DNA from: Pseudomonadota bacterium
GTDB lineage: Bacteria; Campylobacterota; Campylobacteria; Campylobacterales; Sulfurimonadaceae
Length of the DNA stretch: 64,000 bases
Assembly: GCA_043797085.1 (NCBI GenBank)
Contig: JAZDQA010000013.1
Span: 64,001-128,000, forward strand
Direction: 5' to 3'
Shown here piece by piece: positions 1 to 9,597 of the stretch. A program made the translations under genes and the position numbers. A model generated the notes under the pieces. It saw only the letters and a list, made by a program, of their open reading frames with translations. It was not told the DNA's origin and did not search any database. How positions within the stretch are numbered: the first letter of the stretch is position 1; each line of letters starts with the position of its first letter.

Positions 1-290
1 AAAGTAACCTTCCATGGCTCACTGGTATTATTATGAACTTCCATTTGACCCGTCTGAATATCAAAAGTAATATCACTTTGATGCAAAAAATAATTAGCAA
101 AATATTCTTTGATGTAATAGCTTTTATATCCCAGCAAAATAACAAAATCATTAAAACCGTGTGCAGAATACATTTTCATAATATGCCAAAGAATCGGTTT
201 TCCTCCAATTTCTACCATCGGCTTTGGTTTTAACTCTGTCTCTTCAGATATACGGGTTCCATATCCACCTGCTAAAATCACTACTTTCAT
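1..290 (-). CDS. rfbF: Glucose-1-phosphate cytidylyltransferase, 5' part (runs off the window); not in the ORF track
   Basis: Manual translation of the minus strand from ATG at 290: [56 protein letters not shown]...EPWKVT. An alternative in-frame ATG lies at 299. Confidence 0.9.
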   Translation of the reverse strand, partial: MKVVILAGGYGTRISEETELKPKPMVEIGGKPILWHIMKMYSAHGFNDFVILLGYKSYYIKEYFANYFLHQSDITFDIQTGQMEVHNNTSEPWKVT

Positions 291-462
291 TCTGTCCATT
301 CTTACATTATTTATAATAACTCAACACTTTTCTGGTTTTTATTATATCAATATTTTGTGTTAATCATCATACTTTCTCTCTTTAATTACGATTAAACATT
401 GTAGGCGTATAATTCGCTTCATAATGTTGCTCGTTATTCGAGCTTAAAAGGCGAAATAGATC

Positions 463-2049
463 ATGGATACTGTAGAGATTGAGACATTAGGGATAAAAAA
501 CACCCAAAATATTTTTCATAATTTAACTTTTGATGAATTAATAGAGCATGAACTTCGTAACGGTGAATGCACGATGACCAGCAGTGGTGCAACCACCGTC
601 GATACTGGAATCTTTACCGGACGAAGTCCTAAAGACAAATATTTTGTCAACAGCGACCCTTCCAATCAATACATCGCATGGGGTGATGTCAATAAAAAAA
701 TTGATAAAGCCGTTTTCGATGAGCTCTTGATCGTTGCACGTGAACAGCTTTCTAATAAAGACTTATATATTACCGATGTCTTTTGCGGTTCCAGTGCTTC
801 GAGCAAACGTTCTATCCGTTTTGTTTCTGAAATCGCATGGCAGTCTCATTTCGTTAAAAACATGTTTATTCGCCCCCTCACCGAAGAGCTCAATGATTTT
901 AAACCTCAATTTACCGTTCTTAATGCGTGTAAAGCGGTTAACAGCCAATGGGAAAATCACGGACTGAACTCGGAAGTGTTTGTCCTTTTTGATATCGAAG
1001 CCAATCTTTGTATTATCGGTGGTACGTGGTACGGCGGCGAAATGAAAAAAGGAATTTTTTCAATGATGAACTACTGGCTTCCACTTGAGGGGAAACTGGC
1101 TATGCATTGTTCCGCTAACGTGGGACCTGCCGGCGATACTTGTCTCTTTTTCGGTCTTAGCGGGACAGGTAAAACTACCCTTTCTACTGATCCTCAGCGT
1201 GCGCTCATCGGTGATGACGAACACGGATGGGACGATGAGGGTGTCTTTAATTTCGAGGGTGGATGTTACGCCAAAGTGATCAATCTCGATCCTAAAAGCG
1301 AACCTGAAATCTACGCTGCCATCCGCAAAGGTGCATTACTAGAAAATGTTGTCTATGATGAAGACGGCTTAGTGAATTATGAAGATGGCTCGAAAACTGA
1401 AAACACTCGCGTATCGTATCCAATCGAACACATCGACAATCATCAGCCTTCGCTTCAAGCTGCCCATCCTCAAAATATTATTTTTCTCTCTGCTGATGCT
1501 TTTGGTGTACTTCCTCCGGTTAGCAAACTCTCTAAAGAACAAGCGATGTACTATTTCCTCAGTGGTTATACCGCCAAAGTTGCGGGAACCGAACGCGGTA
1601 TTACCGAACCTGTTGCAACATTCAGTTCATGTTTCGGAGAAGCGTTCTTACCTCTTCACCCGACGGTTTATGCAAAACTTTTAGGTGAAAAAATCGATAT
1701 GCATCATGTTAATGTCTATCTCGTTAATACAGGATGGACAGGCGGTGCTTACGGTGTCGGAAAACGTATGAGTATCAAAGATACGCGTGCATGTATCAAT
1801 GCTATTTTAGACGGTTCAATCAATCAGTCTGAATTTGATACTACTAACACTTTTGGATTTCATATCCCAAAAACACTTGGATCGATCGATCCTGTAATCC
1901 TTAATCCTCGTAATGCTTGGGCGGATCGTGATGCGTATCTCGTTCAACGTGACAATTTAGCTAAACTCTTTATACAAAACTTCAAAAAATATACGGATGG
2001 AACAAGTGGATTTGATTATTCTGCTGCAGGTCCGAAAGTTATCGACTAA
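463..2049 (+). CDS. pckA: Phosphoenolpyruvate carboxykinase (ATP)
   Basis: [28 protein letters not shown]-loop, [17 protein letters not shown]. Confidence 0.97.
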   Translation: MDTVEIETLGIKNTQNIFHNLTFDELIEHELRNGECTMTSSGATTVDTGIFTGRSPKDKYFVNSDPSNQYIAWGDVNKKIDKAVFDELLIVAREQLSNKDLYITDVFCGSSASSKRSIRFVSEIAWQSHFVKNMFIRPLTEELNDFKPQFTVLNACKAVNSQWENHGLNSEVFVLFDIEANLCIIGGTWYGGEMKKGIFSMMNYWLPLEGKLAMHCSANVGPAGDTCLFFGLSGTGKTTLSTDPQRALIGDDEHGWDDEGVFNFEGGCYAKVINLDPKSEPEIYAAIRKGALLENVVYDEDGLVNYEDGSKTENTRVSYPIEHIDNHQPSLQAAHPQNIIFLSADAFGVLPPVSKLSKEQAMYYFLSGYTAKVAGTERGITEPVATFSSCFGEAFLPLHPTVYAKLLGEKIDMHHVNVYLVNTGWTGGAYGVGKRMSIKDTRACINAILDGSINQSEFDTTNTFGFHIPKTLGSIDPVILNPRNAWADRDAYLVQRDNLAKLFIQNFKKYTDGTSGFDYSAAGPKVID

Positions 2050-2065
2050 ACCTCTTCCTCTCATT

Positions 2066-2085
2066 ATTCCTGCTTTTGCGGGAAT
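2066..2085. terminator. Hairpin after pckA (terminator or REP-like, ATTCCY-N8-GGGAAT form)
   Basis: ATTCCTGC-TTTT-GCGGGAAT just after the pckA stop. Confidence 0.55.
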
Positions 2086-2108
2086 CTACAATAGATCTTA
2101 CACTTATG

Positions 2109-2234
2109 TTTATCTAACACAATTTTCTTGTGAATTCAAAAATACACGTGCTTAATGAAGCAAAGTAAAAGCATGAATACAATTTAAGAAATACAGTTTA
2201 GAGTTGAATTCTCAAGAAAATTATTTTAGATAAA
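2109..2234. repeat. Imperfect 31-bp inverted repeat with 64-bp spacer (MITE-like)
   Basis: 2109-2139 TTTATCTAACACAATTTTCTTGTGAATTCAA is the reverse complement of 2204-2234 TTGAATTCTCAAGAAAATTATTTTAGATAAA at 28/31 positions. Confidence 0.7.
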
Positions 2235-2254
2235 TTTGATTAGTCAAAGGAGGT

Positions 2255-2282
2255 TACTATTCCCGCATAAACGGGAACAGTA
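2255..2282 (-). terminator. Hairpin downstream of glnA
   Basis: TACTATTCCCG-CATAAA-CGGGAACAGTA about 10 bp past the glnA stop. Confidence 0.55.
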
Positions 2283-2291
2283 GAAAAGATT

Positions 2292-3722
2292 TTAGCAAGA
2301 GTATGTAGTTTTAAACTCGTAAGCAGTTGGACGACCTTCATCTGGCCATACATCACGCTCGAAGCGGTAATGACGGTATGCTTCTAAGAACTCATCTGTA
2401 AATACAGGTTTCAAGAAGTCATTATCACGAACAAGTGACTCTAAAGAACCGCGAAGTGTGTGAGGCATTTGAGGGATACCTTTTTCACGAATTTCGTCTA
2501 AAGAGAGTTCATACAAATCTTCATCCATTGGACCGATTGGGATCTCTTTGTTGATAATACCGTCAAGTCCAGCCATCATCATCGTTGCAAATGCAAGATA
2601 TGGACATGCAGTGGAGTCTGGGAAACGCATCTCAATACGAGTCGCTTTTTCACCTGCACCATAAGGGATACGGCAAGATGCTGAACGGTTTTGTGAAGAG
2701 TATGTTAATACGCTTGGTGCTTCAAATCCTGGAAGTAATCTTTTGTATGAGTTGGTTGTTGGATTCGTAAATGCAGCAACCGAACGAGCATGTTTAAAGA
2801 TACCGCCAACATAGTTAAGACCCATTTCTGAGATATTTGCGTAGTTACCTTCTTTATAGAAAAGGTTTTTACCCTCTTTCCATAGTGATTGGTGAACGTG
2901 CATGCCGTTACCATTATCCCCAAACATTGGCTTAGGCATAAAGGTAGCCGTTTTACCATTAAGGTGTGCAACCATTTTTACAACGTATTTGTATTTTTGA
3001 ACGTTGTCCGCTGCACCGATGATATCAGAGAAAACGATACCGATTTCGTGCTGCCCTTGAGCAACTTCGTGGTGACCAAGAACTACTTCAAGACCAATTT
3101 GCTCCATTACTTGCATCATTTCAGCACGGATATCGACAGCAGAGTCTGTTGGTGCTACTGGGAAGTAACCGCCTTTAGTTCCTGGTCTGTGACCTGTATT
3201 ATAATTGTCCGGATATGCATTGTTTGAATTCCATCCACCCTCTTCGGTATCAACTTTATAACCAGCTTCATTGATGTTGTCAACAAAAGTTACAGAGTCA
3301 AACATAAAAAATTCATTTTCAGGACCAAAGTAAGCAGCATCAGCAATACCTAAAGACTCAGCATGTTTAAGTGCTGCTTTTGCGATTGAACGTGGGCATC
3401 TCTCATACGCTTGTTTTTTGTAAATGTCATAAACATCACAGAAAACGATAATGGTTGGATCAGCAGTAAAAGGATCCATGAATGCAGAACCAGCATCAGG
3501 GATAAGCAACATATCTGATTTATTAATTGGCTGCCATGCATCAATTGATGAACCATCAAATGGTAAACCGCCTTCGAATTGACCGGCATTAACTGCACTG
3601 TAACGGTAAGTAACGTGGTGCCAAGTCCCTTTAATATCAGTAAAACGGAAATCTACGAATTGAACATCGTTCTCTTTAGAAAAAGTAAAAAACTCTTCTA
3701 CACTGTTTACAAATTTACCCAT
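2292..3722 (-). CDS. glnA: Glutamine synthetase type I
   Basis: [49 protein letters not shown]. Start ATG 3722 follows GAGGTG. Confidence 0.97.
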   Translation of the reverse strand: MGKFVNSVEEFFTFSKENDVQFVDFRFTDIKGTWHHVTYRYSAVNAGQFEGGLPFDGSSIDAWQPINKSDMLLIPDAGSAFMDPFTADPTIIVFCDVYDIYKKQAYERCPRSIAKAALKHAESLGIADAAYFGPENEFFMFDSVTFVDNINEAGYKVDTEEGGWNSNNAYPDNYNTGHRPGTKGGYFPVAPTDSAVDIRAEMMQVMEQIGLEVVLGHHEVAQGQHEIGIVFSDIIGAADNVQKYKYVVKMVAHLNGKTATFMPKPMFGDNGNGMHVHQSLWKEGKNLFYKEGNYANISEMGLNYVGGIFKHARSVAAFTNPTTNSYKRLLPGFEAPSVLTYSSQNRSASCRIPYGAGEKATRIEMRFPDSTACPYLAFATMMMAGLDGIINKEIPIGPMDEDLYELSLDEIREKGIPQMPHTLRGSLESLVRDNDFLKPVFTDEFLEAYRHYRFERDVWPDEGRPTAYEFKTTYSC

Positions 3723-3792
3723 ACATTTCACCTCAAAAATAAAATTGTAAACAGTATAGCAAATTAATATTAATTGTAAAAACGTAAAGTGC

Positions 3793-4572
3793 CTAAAATT
3801 TAATCATCGCTCTATCTCTGTTGCAATATGTGGCACACTCACTGTAGCCAAAAGATCGCGCTAATGCTTCGATTTCATCCGTAAACATCCCCACTTGATC
3901 GGGACGATGTGCATCAGAGCTAAACGTAATCGGTATATCTAACAAGGCTATGGATTCAAGTAATAATGGGGATGGATAGGCTTCAGCTACCGGCTTTCGA
4001 AGACCTGAGACATTAATTTCAATGACCATATTGGCTTTTTTAATCGCTTTTAGTGCATTTTTTGCCAAAATTCGGATGTCTGTTTTAGGGAAAAACTTGA
4101 AAACTTTGAGCAAATCCAAATGTCCGACGATGTCAAATTTTCCACTCAATGCCATTTCTTCTATCAGCTCAAAATATCGAGAATAAAGTACGTCCATATC
4201 CTTCCCCACATATTGATGAATGTACTCAGGATTATCAAATCCCCATTCGTCTATGAAATGGATACTTCCAATCAAATAATCACAAGGTCGCTTTAGAACC
4301 CTCTCATCCATATATCCCGGAAGATAATCAACTTCATAGCCTAGTAATACGCTAATCTTATCTTGGTAATTCTCTTTAGCCTCTTGAATCCATTGCTCAT
4401 ACAGGTGCATTTGTGAAAATTCCATTCGGTACTGTGGGTCATACTCCATCGGAGCATGATCTGAAAATCCGAAATACTTTGTCCCTTTCGCTATTGCAGC
4501 TTCTACATACTCGTTTACACTGCCCGTTGCGTGATTGCACAACACGGTATGATTGTGGATGTCAACTTTCAT
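3793..4572 (-). CDS. PHP-family histidinol-phosphatase (HisJ/HisK type)
   Basis: DIHNHT, FSDHAP, GYEVDY, GSIHF, GHLDL, SDAH metal-ligand motifs. Confidence 0.85.
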   Translation of the reverse strand: MKVDIHNHTVLCNHATGSVNEYVEAAIAKGTKYFGFSDHAPMEYDPQYRMEFSQMHLYEQWIQEAKENYQDKISVLLGYEVDYLPGYMDERVLKRPCDYLIGSIHFIDEWGFDNPEYIHQYVGKDMDVLYSRYFELIEEMALSGKFDIVGHLDLLKVFKFFPKTDIRILAKNALKAIKKANMVIEINVSGLRKPVAEAYPSPLLLESIALLDIPITFSSDAHRPDQVGMFTDEIEALARSFGYSECATYCNRDRAMIKF

Positions 4573-4637
4573 CGTATTTCCTATTGTAAATAATCATTTT
4601 AATGTTATTATAGTGCAATTTTTTATGAGGTACCATT

Positions 4638-5333
4638 ATGACACAAGAAGAACTTGATGCGCTTATGAATGAAGATTTAGAGATGGATGAAGTCGTCGAA
4701 TCTGAAGAAGCCGTTGCTGCCACAGAAGAGATAGATGAGCCATTAAATGACATTGAAAACCCCAATGCTTATCGTGTTTCAGCAATGCAAAGCTGGCCTC
4801 CGCCGCCACCGACGGATGATAATAAAATGGTTCATCAGCTCGATGATGTCACCAAAGAGAGTGAAGAAAAAGCATCTGAGATTTTTGATCTCATCGAAAT
4901 AATCAGTAACGATTTAGGGGATGGGGAAAAGCATATTAAGAATGTCAAAGCAATTATTGATTCCAATCTTGCTCTTTTTACAACATTACACGCTAAATTT
5001 CCTCACGTGGAAGCCTTTGAGACACAACTGACTCAAAATACGCAAGCTAAAGATAAACTCGATGCAGTGGAGCAGATCCTTCAAGATGGAGGCGATGCTA
5101 TTATGAACGTCATGGATATTATGCAATACCAAGACATTCACCGCCAAAAAATCGAGCGGGTAATCAATGTTATGCGCGCATTGTCTACATATATGAACCA
5201 TCTTTTTTCAGGAAAAATTGATGATTCTAAACGGGTTACCTCCGCTGTACATATCCATGGAGATATGGATACCGAAGATGTTGTGAGTAGTGATGACATT
5301 GAAGCATTACTTGCTTCGTTTGGGCAAAAGTAG
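4638..5333 (+). CDS. cheZ: Epsilonproteobacterial CheZ-like chemotaxis phosphatase
   Basis: MTQEELDALM N-terminus, MQYQDIHRQKIERV (DxxxQ catalytic motif), C-terminal DDIEALLASFG CheY-binding tail. Confidence 0.8.
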   Translation: MTQEELDALMNEDLEMDEVVESEEAVAATEEIDEPLNDIENPNAYRVSAMQSWPPPPPTDDNKMVHQLDDVTKESEEKASEIFDLIEIISNDLGDGEKHIKNVKAIIDSNLALFTTLHAKFPHVEAFETQLTQNTQAKDKLDAVEQILQDGGDAIMNVMDIMQYQDIHRQKIERVINVMRALSTYMNHLFSGKIDDSKRVTSAVHIHGDMDTEDVVSSDDIEALLASFGQK

Positions 5334-5385
5334 AGGTTTTTTTCGCTAAAATTCTCTAAAATTTAGAAGAATCGAGCAACTGTCT

Positions 5386-6678
5386 TTGAAAAAAGTAGAA
5401 CTCCTCTCCCCTGCGGGAAATTTAGAAAAACTCAAAATCGCCATCGATTACGGCGCAGATGCTGTATATGGCGGGGTTAGCCACTTCTCACTTCGTATCC
5501 GTTCGGGTAAAGAGTTCGATTTAGAGAGCTTTAAAGAGGGGATTGATTATGCTCATGCGCGTGGACGAAAAGTCTATGTTACTATCAATGGTTTCCCTTT
5601 TAATTCTCAACTTAAACTGCTAAAAGAGCATATCCTAACCATGGCTTCGCTCGAACCTGACGCCTTTATCGTGGCTACACCCGGAGTTCTCAAACTCGCC
5701 CATCAGCTAGCGCCTCAAATTCCTCTGCATCTCTCAACTCAAGCCAATGTTATGAATGTTCTCGATGCGCAGGTTTATTATGACATGGGTGCTCGCCGTA
5801 TCATCGCCGCACGGGAAATTTCTCTTAAAGATTTAGTGCAGATTAAAGCCGAACTCCCTGATTTGGAAATCGAAGTGTTTGTTCATGGCTCTATGTGTTT
5901 TGCTTACAGTGGGCGCTGTCTCATCTCCACACTTCAAAGCGGTCGTGTCCCTAATCGTGGAAGCTGTGCCAATGATTGCCGTTTCCCATACGAAATGTAC
6001 GCTGCCAATCCTGAGACAGGGACACTATTCAAACTCGAAGAACATGAGGGAATCGGAACGTATATTATGAATTCCAAAGATCTTAATCTCGCGTCTCACA
6101 TGAGTGAAATTTTACAAAGCGGTGCGATCGATTCAGTCAAAGTAGAAGGACGTACCAAAGCTCCCTATTATGCTGCAATTACCGCTAAAACCTATCGACG
6201 TGCTATTGATGATTATTATGAGGGGAAATTTGATGATGAAGCGTATCAAAAAGAGTTAAACACGATGCAAAATCGCGGGTTTACCGATGCCTATCTCATC
6301 AATCGTCCTTTTGAGAAACATGATACGCAAAATCTCGACTTTACTATGATGATGGGAACCCATCAAGTAGCGGGAATCGTCGATGAATCAGGAGAATTTT
6401 TTGAATGCAAATACAAAACATTTCCCAATGATATCATGGAAATCGTCGCTCCATCCGATGCGTTAATCGAAGCGTGTGACAATGAAATCGGAACGGTCGA
6501 AAAACGAGATGGGCAATGGATTATTATCTTTAAACAGCTACTTGCTGAAAATGGAAAGGTGTGGGATCAGGTTCACAGCGGGAATCTGAACCGATTTAAA
6601 CTACCTTGTCCGCTGCCTCACTTTACCTTTTTTCGTATTCCTGCGACGGAAGATATGGGGATAGGGATAAGGGGCTAG
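5386..6678 (+). CDS. Peptidase U32 family protein (TrhP-like tRNA hydroxylation)
   Basis: ELLSPAG, GADAVY, HLSTQAN, HGSMCFAYSGRC..NRGSCANDCR Fe-S cysteines, KVEGR; TTG start. Confidence 0.85.
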   Translation: MKKVELLSPAGNLEKLKIAIDYGADAVYGGVSHFSLRIRSGKEFDLESFKEGIDYAHARGRKVYVTINGFPFNSQLKLLKEHILTMASLEPDAFIVATPGVLKLAHQLAPQIPLHLSTQANVMNVLDAQVYYDMGARRIIAAREISLKDLVQIKAELPDLEIEVFVHGSMCFAYSGRCLISTLQSGRVPNRGSCANDCRFPYEMYAANPETGTLFKLEEHEGIGTYIMNSKDLNLASHMSEILQSGAIDSVKVEGRTKAPYYAAITAKTYRRAIDDYYEGKFDDEAYQKELNTMQNRGFTDAYLINRPFEKHDTQNLDFTMMMGTHQVAGIVDESGEFFECKYKTFPNDIMEIVAPSDALIEACDNEIGTVEKRDGQWIIIFKQLLAENGKVWDQVHSGNLNRFKLPCPLPHFTFFRIPATEDMGIGIRG

Positions 6679-6684
6679 TCATGC

Positions 6685-6743
6685 CGTTCGCCCTGAGCCT
6701 GTCGAAGGGTGAGATTCATGGTTCGACAAGCTCACCACGAACG
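6685..6743. repeat. REP-like palindrome doublet
   Basis: CGTTCG-CCC-TGAGCCTGTCGAA-GGG and an inverted unit reading CGTTCG-TGG-TGAGCTTGTCGAA-CCA on the minus strand. Confidence 0.75.
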
Positions 6744-6777
6744 AACAAGAAAATTTAAATAAACCCAAAGGAAAAAA

Positions 6778-7272
6778 ATGAAATTTGTATCTATTATAAT
6801 GGGGAGCAAAAGCGATTTTGATGTGATGAAATCGTGCTCACAAACGTTTGAAGAGTTCGGTGTTGCGTATGAACTTATCATCTCTTCGGCTCACCGAAGC
6901 CCTGAGCGTACCAAAGATTATATTATTGCAGCAGAAGCTAAAGGGGCGCAAGTCTTTATCGCAGCAGCTGGTATGGCTGCCCATTTAGCAGGTGTTCTTG
7001 CCTCTAAAACGATCAAACCTGTTATCGGTGTACCCATGAGCGCATCAGCACTTAGCGGTATCGATGCACTTCTCTCTACCGTTCAAATGCCAGCAGGAAT
7101 GCCTGTTGCAACCGTTGCTATCGGTAAAGCGGGAGCTATCAATTCAGCCTATCTTGCTATGCAGATTTTGGCACTCGAAAATGAAGAACTTCGAATGAAA
7201 CTTCAAGAAGACAGAATCTCCAAAGCTAAAAAAGTGGAAATGGATTCGATGGAAATTGAAACCATACTCTAA
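6778..7272 (+). CDS. purE: N5-carboxyaminoimidazole ribonucleotide mutase
   Basis: IMGSKSD, SAHRSP, AGMAAHL, STVQMPAGMPVATV. Confidence 0.97.
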   Translation: MKFVSIIMGSKSDFDVMKSCSQTFEEFGVAYELIISSAHRSPERTKDYIIAAEAKGAQVFIAAAGMAAHLAGVLASKTIKPVIGVPMSASALSGIDALLSTVQMPAGMPVATVAIGKAGAINSAYLAMQILALENEELRMKLQEDRISKAKKVEMDSMEIETIL

Positions 7273-7280
7273 AAGGGGAC

Positions 7281-7760
7281 ATGATGCACGAACATTGGAT
7301 GAGTATTTATGAATATGCCGATTTAACCCAAATGGATCCAGAAGAAGTGGAAGCACTAATTGTACGCGGGAAACTGACAACCATCGTTGAAGAGGGAGTA
7401 GTTCTCATCGATCCGGCTCAGGGGATGGGCGGCATAGTTCCTGCATCTATCACCCAGCTAAGTGCTTCTCATGCTGATATTACCATTGGTGCAAGTTTTG
7501 TCGAAAAAACGATAGGGACGATCATCAATCTCCATGAAAAAGTGCTCGTTGCCAAAGAAGAGACCATCGAGTCGATTAAAAATGAAAATGCATTTCTTAA
7601 AGAAGCCCTTGGCTCTCTCCAAGAACTCTACGATGAAGATCGTAAAACCATCGCAATTTTGACTGAACAACTCAAACTTTCTGCCCAAGAGGTAGAATTT
7701 ATGCGTCGCAAATACAAACTCATGTGGGGAAAAGTAATCGACGAGCACGCGGCTCCATGA
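7281..7760 (+). CDS. Conserved hypothetical protein, N-terminal HTH-like region plus coiled coil (DUF3972-like)
   Basis: FVEKTIGTIINLHEKV...KYKLMWGK pattern typical of Campylobacterota proteins next to purE/glyQ. Confidence 0.6.
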   Translation: MMHEHWMSIYEYADLTQMDPEEVEALIVRGKLTTIVEEGVVLIDPAQGMGGIVPASITQLSASHADITIGASFVEKTIGTIINLHEKVLVAKEETIESIKNENAFLKEALGSLQELYDEDRKTIAILTEQLKLSAQEVEFMRRKYKLMWGKVIDEHAAP

Positions 7761-8614
7761 CCATCCAAAATGAATGTATCGGGTGCATCGTTGCTCAAAG
7801 TCAACGGGTTTGTGATGCCATTGGAGCAGATGAAGCTTTAACTCAAAAGATTGTCTCTTTTGTTGAAACCTCTCTTTCTACTGCCGATTTCACCCTCTCT
7901 CCGCCTGTCATAGCCGCACCTTTATACGAACAAATGGCGCTTTTTGCCGAAAAAATCGATCTCTATGATGAACAAAAAACTCACGCAACCACACAAGCTC
8001 AACACTACATCCCATTTTTACGTGGGACGATAGAACAAAGCAATAATCCCTTTATGGCATTGCTCAAAACAGCAGTGGTGGGAAACGTTATCGATTTGGC
8101 GGCAGAAGTAGCGTTTGATTTACACGGTGCAATTACCTCTGTTTTTGATACGCCATTTGTTCATGATGACTCTGCAAAGCTCGCTGAGCAACTCCAAAAG
8201 TCAAAAACCCTGCTCTACATCGGTGACAATACGGGAGAACATCTTTTTGATGCATTAGCCATCGAACATCTAAAAAGACTCTACCCCCATTTAGAGATCA
8301 CCTACATGGTACGAGGCAATTTCATCATCAACGATATCACGATGAAAGAAGCACAAGAAGCCAAGATGGATCAAATTTGCACCCTTATGGATAGCGGTGT
8401 CAATACACCCGGTTTTGTCTATGAACGTGCATCCGAAGAATCCAAAAAGCTCTTTGATACTGCCGATGTTATCATTGCCAAAGGGATGGGAAATTACGAA
8501 TGTATGACTCCCTCCACACGCAAGAACATCTGTTTTTTACTCAAGATAAAATGTTCTGTCGTCTCACGCTCGCTAGGACACGAGATAGGCTCTATAATCT
8601 GTAAGTTGGACTGA
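7757..8614 (+). CDS. DUF89/ARMT1-family damage-control phosphatase
   Basis: ECIGC N-terminus, GNVID, DNTGE, INDIT, AKGMGNYE, LLKIKC. ATG 7757 overlaps the upstream stop. Confidence 0.8.
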   Translation: MTIQNECIGCIVAQSQRVCDAIGADEALTQKIVSFVETSLSTADFTLSPPVIAAPLYEQMALFAEKIDLYDEQKTHATTQAQHYIPFLRGTIEQSNNPFMALLKTAVVGNVIDLAAEVAFDLHGAITSVFDTPFVHDDSAKLAEQLQKSKTLLYIGDNTGEHLFDALAIEHLKRLYPHLEITYMVRGNFIINDITMKEAQEAKMDQICTLMDSGVNTPGFVYERASEESKKLFDTADVIIAKGMGNYECMTPSTRKNICFLLKIKCSVVSRSLGHEIGSIICKLD

Positions 8615-8649
8615 GTTATAATCCCATCACTATTTAACGGAGAATTTTT

Positions 8650-9531
8650 ATGATAACTTTTGGCGATATGCTGTTAAAACTTCAACAATTTTGGAATGAC
8701 CAAGGGTGCGCGATTGTCCAGCCCTATGATATACCTGCGGGTGCTGGGACGTTTCACCCTGCTACTTTTTTACGATCACTGGATTCTCAACCGTGGTCAG
8801 TAGCGTATGTCGCTCCAAGTCGCCGTCCGACTGATGGACGGTATGGCGAAAATCCAAACCGTCTGGGAAGCTACTATCAGTTTCAAGCTCTTATCAAACC
8901 AAGCCCTGAAAATATCCAAGAGCTTTATCTCAAGAGTCTCGAATATCTGGGGCTCAACCTCAAAGAACATGACATCCGTTTTGTCGAAGATAACTGGGAA
9001 TCTCCAACACTGGGTGCGTGGGGTCTGGGTTGGGAAGTGTGGCTTAACGGGATGGAAGTGACACAGTTTACCTATTTTCAGCAAGTAGGAGGGATCGCGT
9101 GCGATCCTGTCGCGGTTGAGATTACTTACGGAACCGAACGTCTGGCAATGTATCTCCAAGGGGTTGATACGGTGTTTGACATCGTTTGGAGCGAAAATCA
9201 GTATGGTAAAACTTTGTACCGTGACATCCACAAAGAGGGTGAAATCGAGTTTAGCAAATACAATTTTGAAATCGCCGATACCGCCATGCTTTTCGCTGAA
9301 TTTGAATCTAAATCAGCTGAATGTAAACGATGTCTCGATGCAGAACTTCCTCTCCCTGCCTATGATTTGTGCATGATGGCATCGCATACATTTAACACCC
9401 TCGATGCACGCAAAGCGATTTCTGTAACGGAGCGCGCTAACTACATTCTAAAAATTCGCGAACTTTCAAAGGGATGTGCCGAACTGTATAAATCTCAAGA
9501 AGAGGCAAGAATCGCACGAGTTAAAGCCTAA
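8650..9531 (+). CDS. glyQ: Glycine--tRNA ligase alpha subunit
   Basis: [53 protein letters not shown]. Confidence 0.98.
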   Translation: MITFGDMLLKLQQFWNDQGCAIVQPYDIPAGAGTFHPATFLRSLDSQPWSVAYVAPSRRPTDGRYGENPNRLGSYYQFQALIKPSPENIQELYLKSLEYLGLNLKEHDIRFVEDNWESPTLGAWGLGWEVWLNGMEVTQFTYFQQVGGIACDPVAVEITYGTERLAMYLQGVDTVFDIVWSENQYGKTLYRDIHKEGEIEFSKYNFEIADTAMLFAEFESKSAECKRCLDAELPLPAYDLCMMASHTFNTLDARKAISVTERANYILKIRELSKGCAELYKSQEEARIARVKA

Positions 9532-9597
9532 AAGATTAAAAATATGTCTATGAGCCACATAAATTTATTATTTTTACAATAACGCTACAATCTTTCC

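Noticed and set aside
413..456. Structured pckA leader (GCTCG-TTATT-CGAGC within TTCGCTT/AGGCGAA)
   Set aside because: The stems are short and the outer arm overlaps the likely -10/TSS; there is no riboswitch consensus.
6656..6676. G-rich run GGGGATAGGGATAAGGGG as a G-quadruplex or contingency tract
   Set aside because: It has only three G-tracts and no homopolymer long enough for phase variation.
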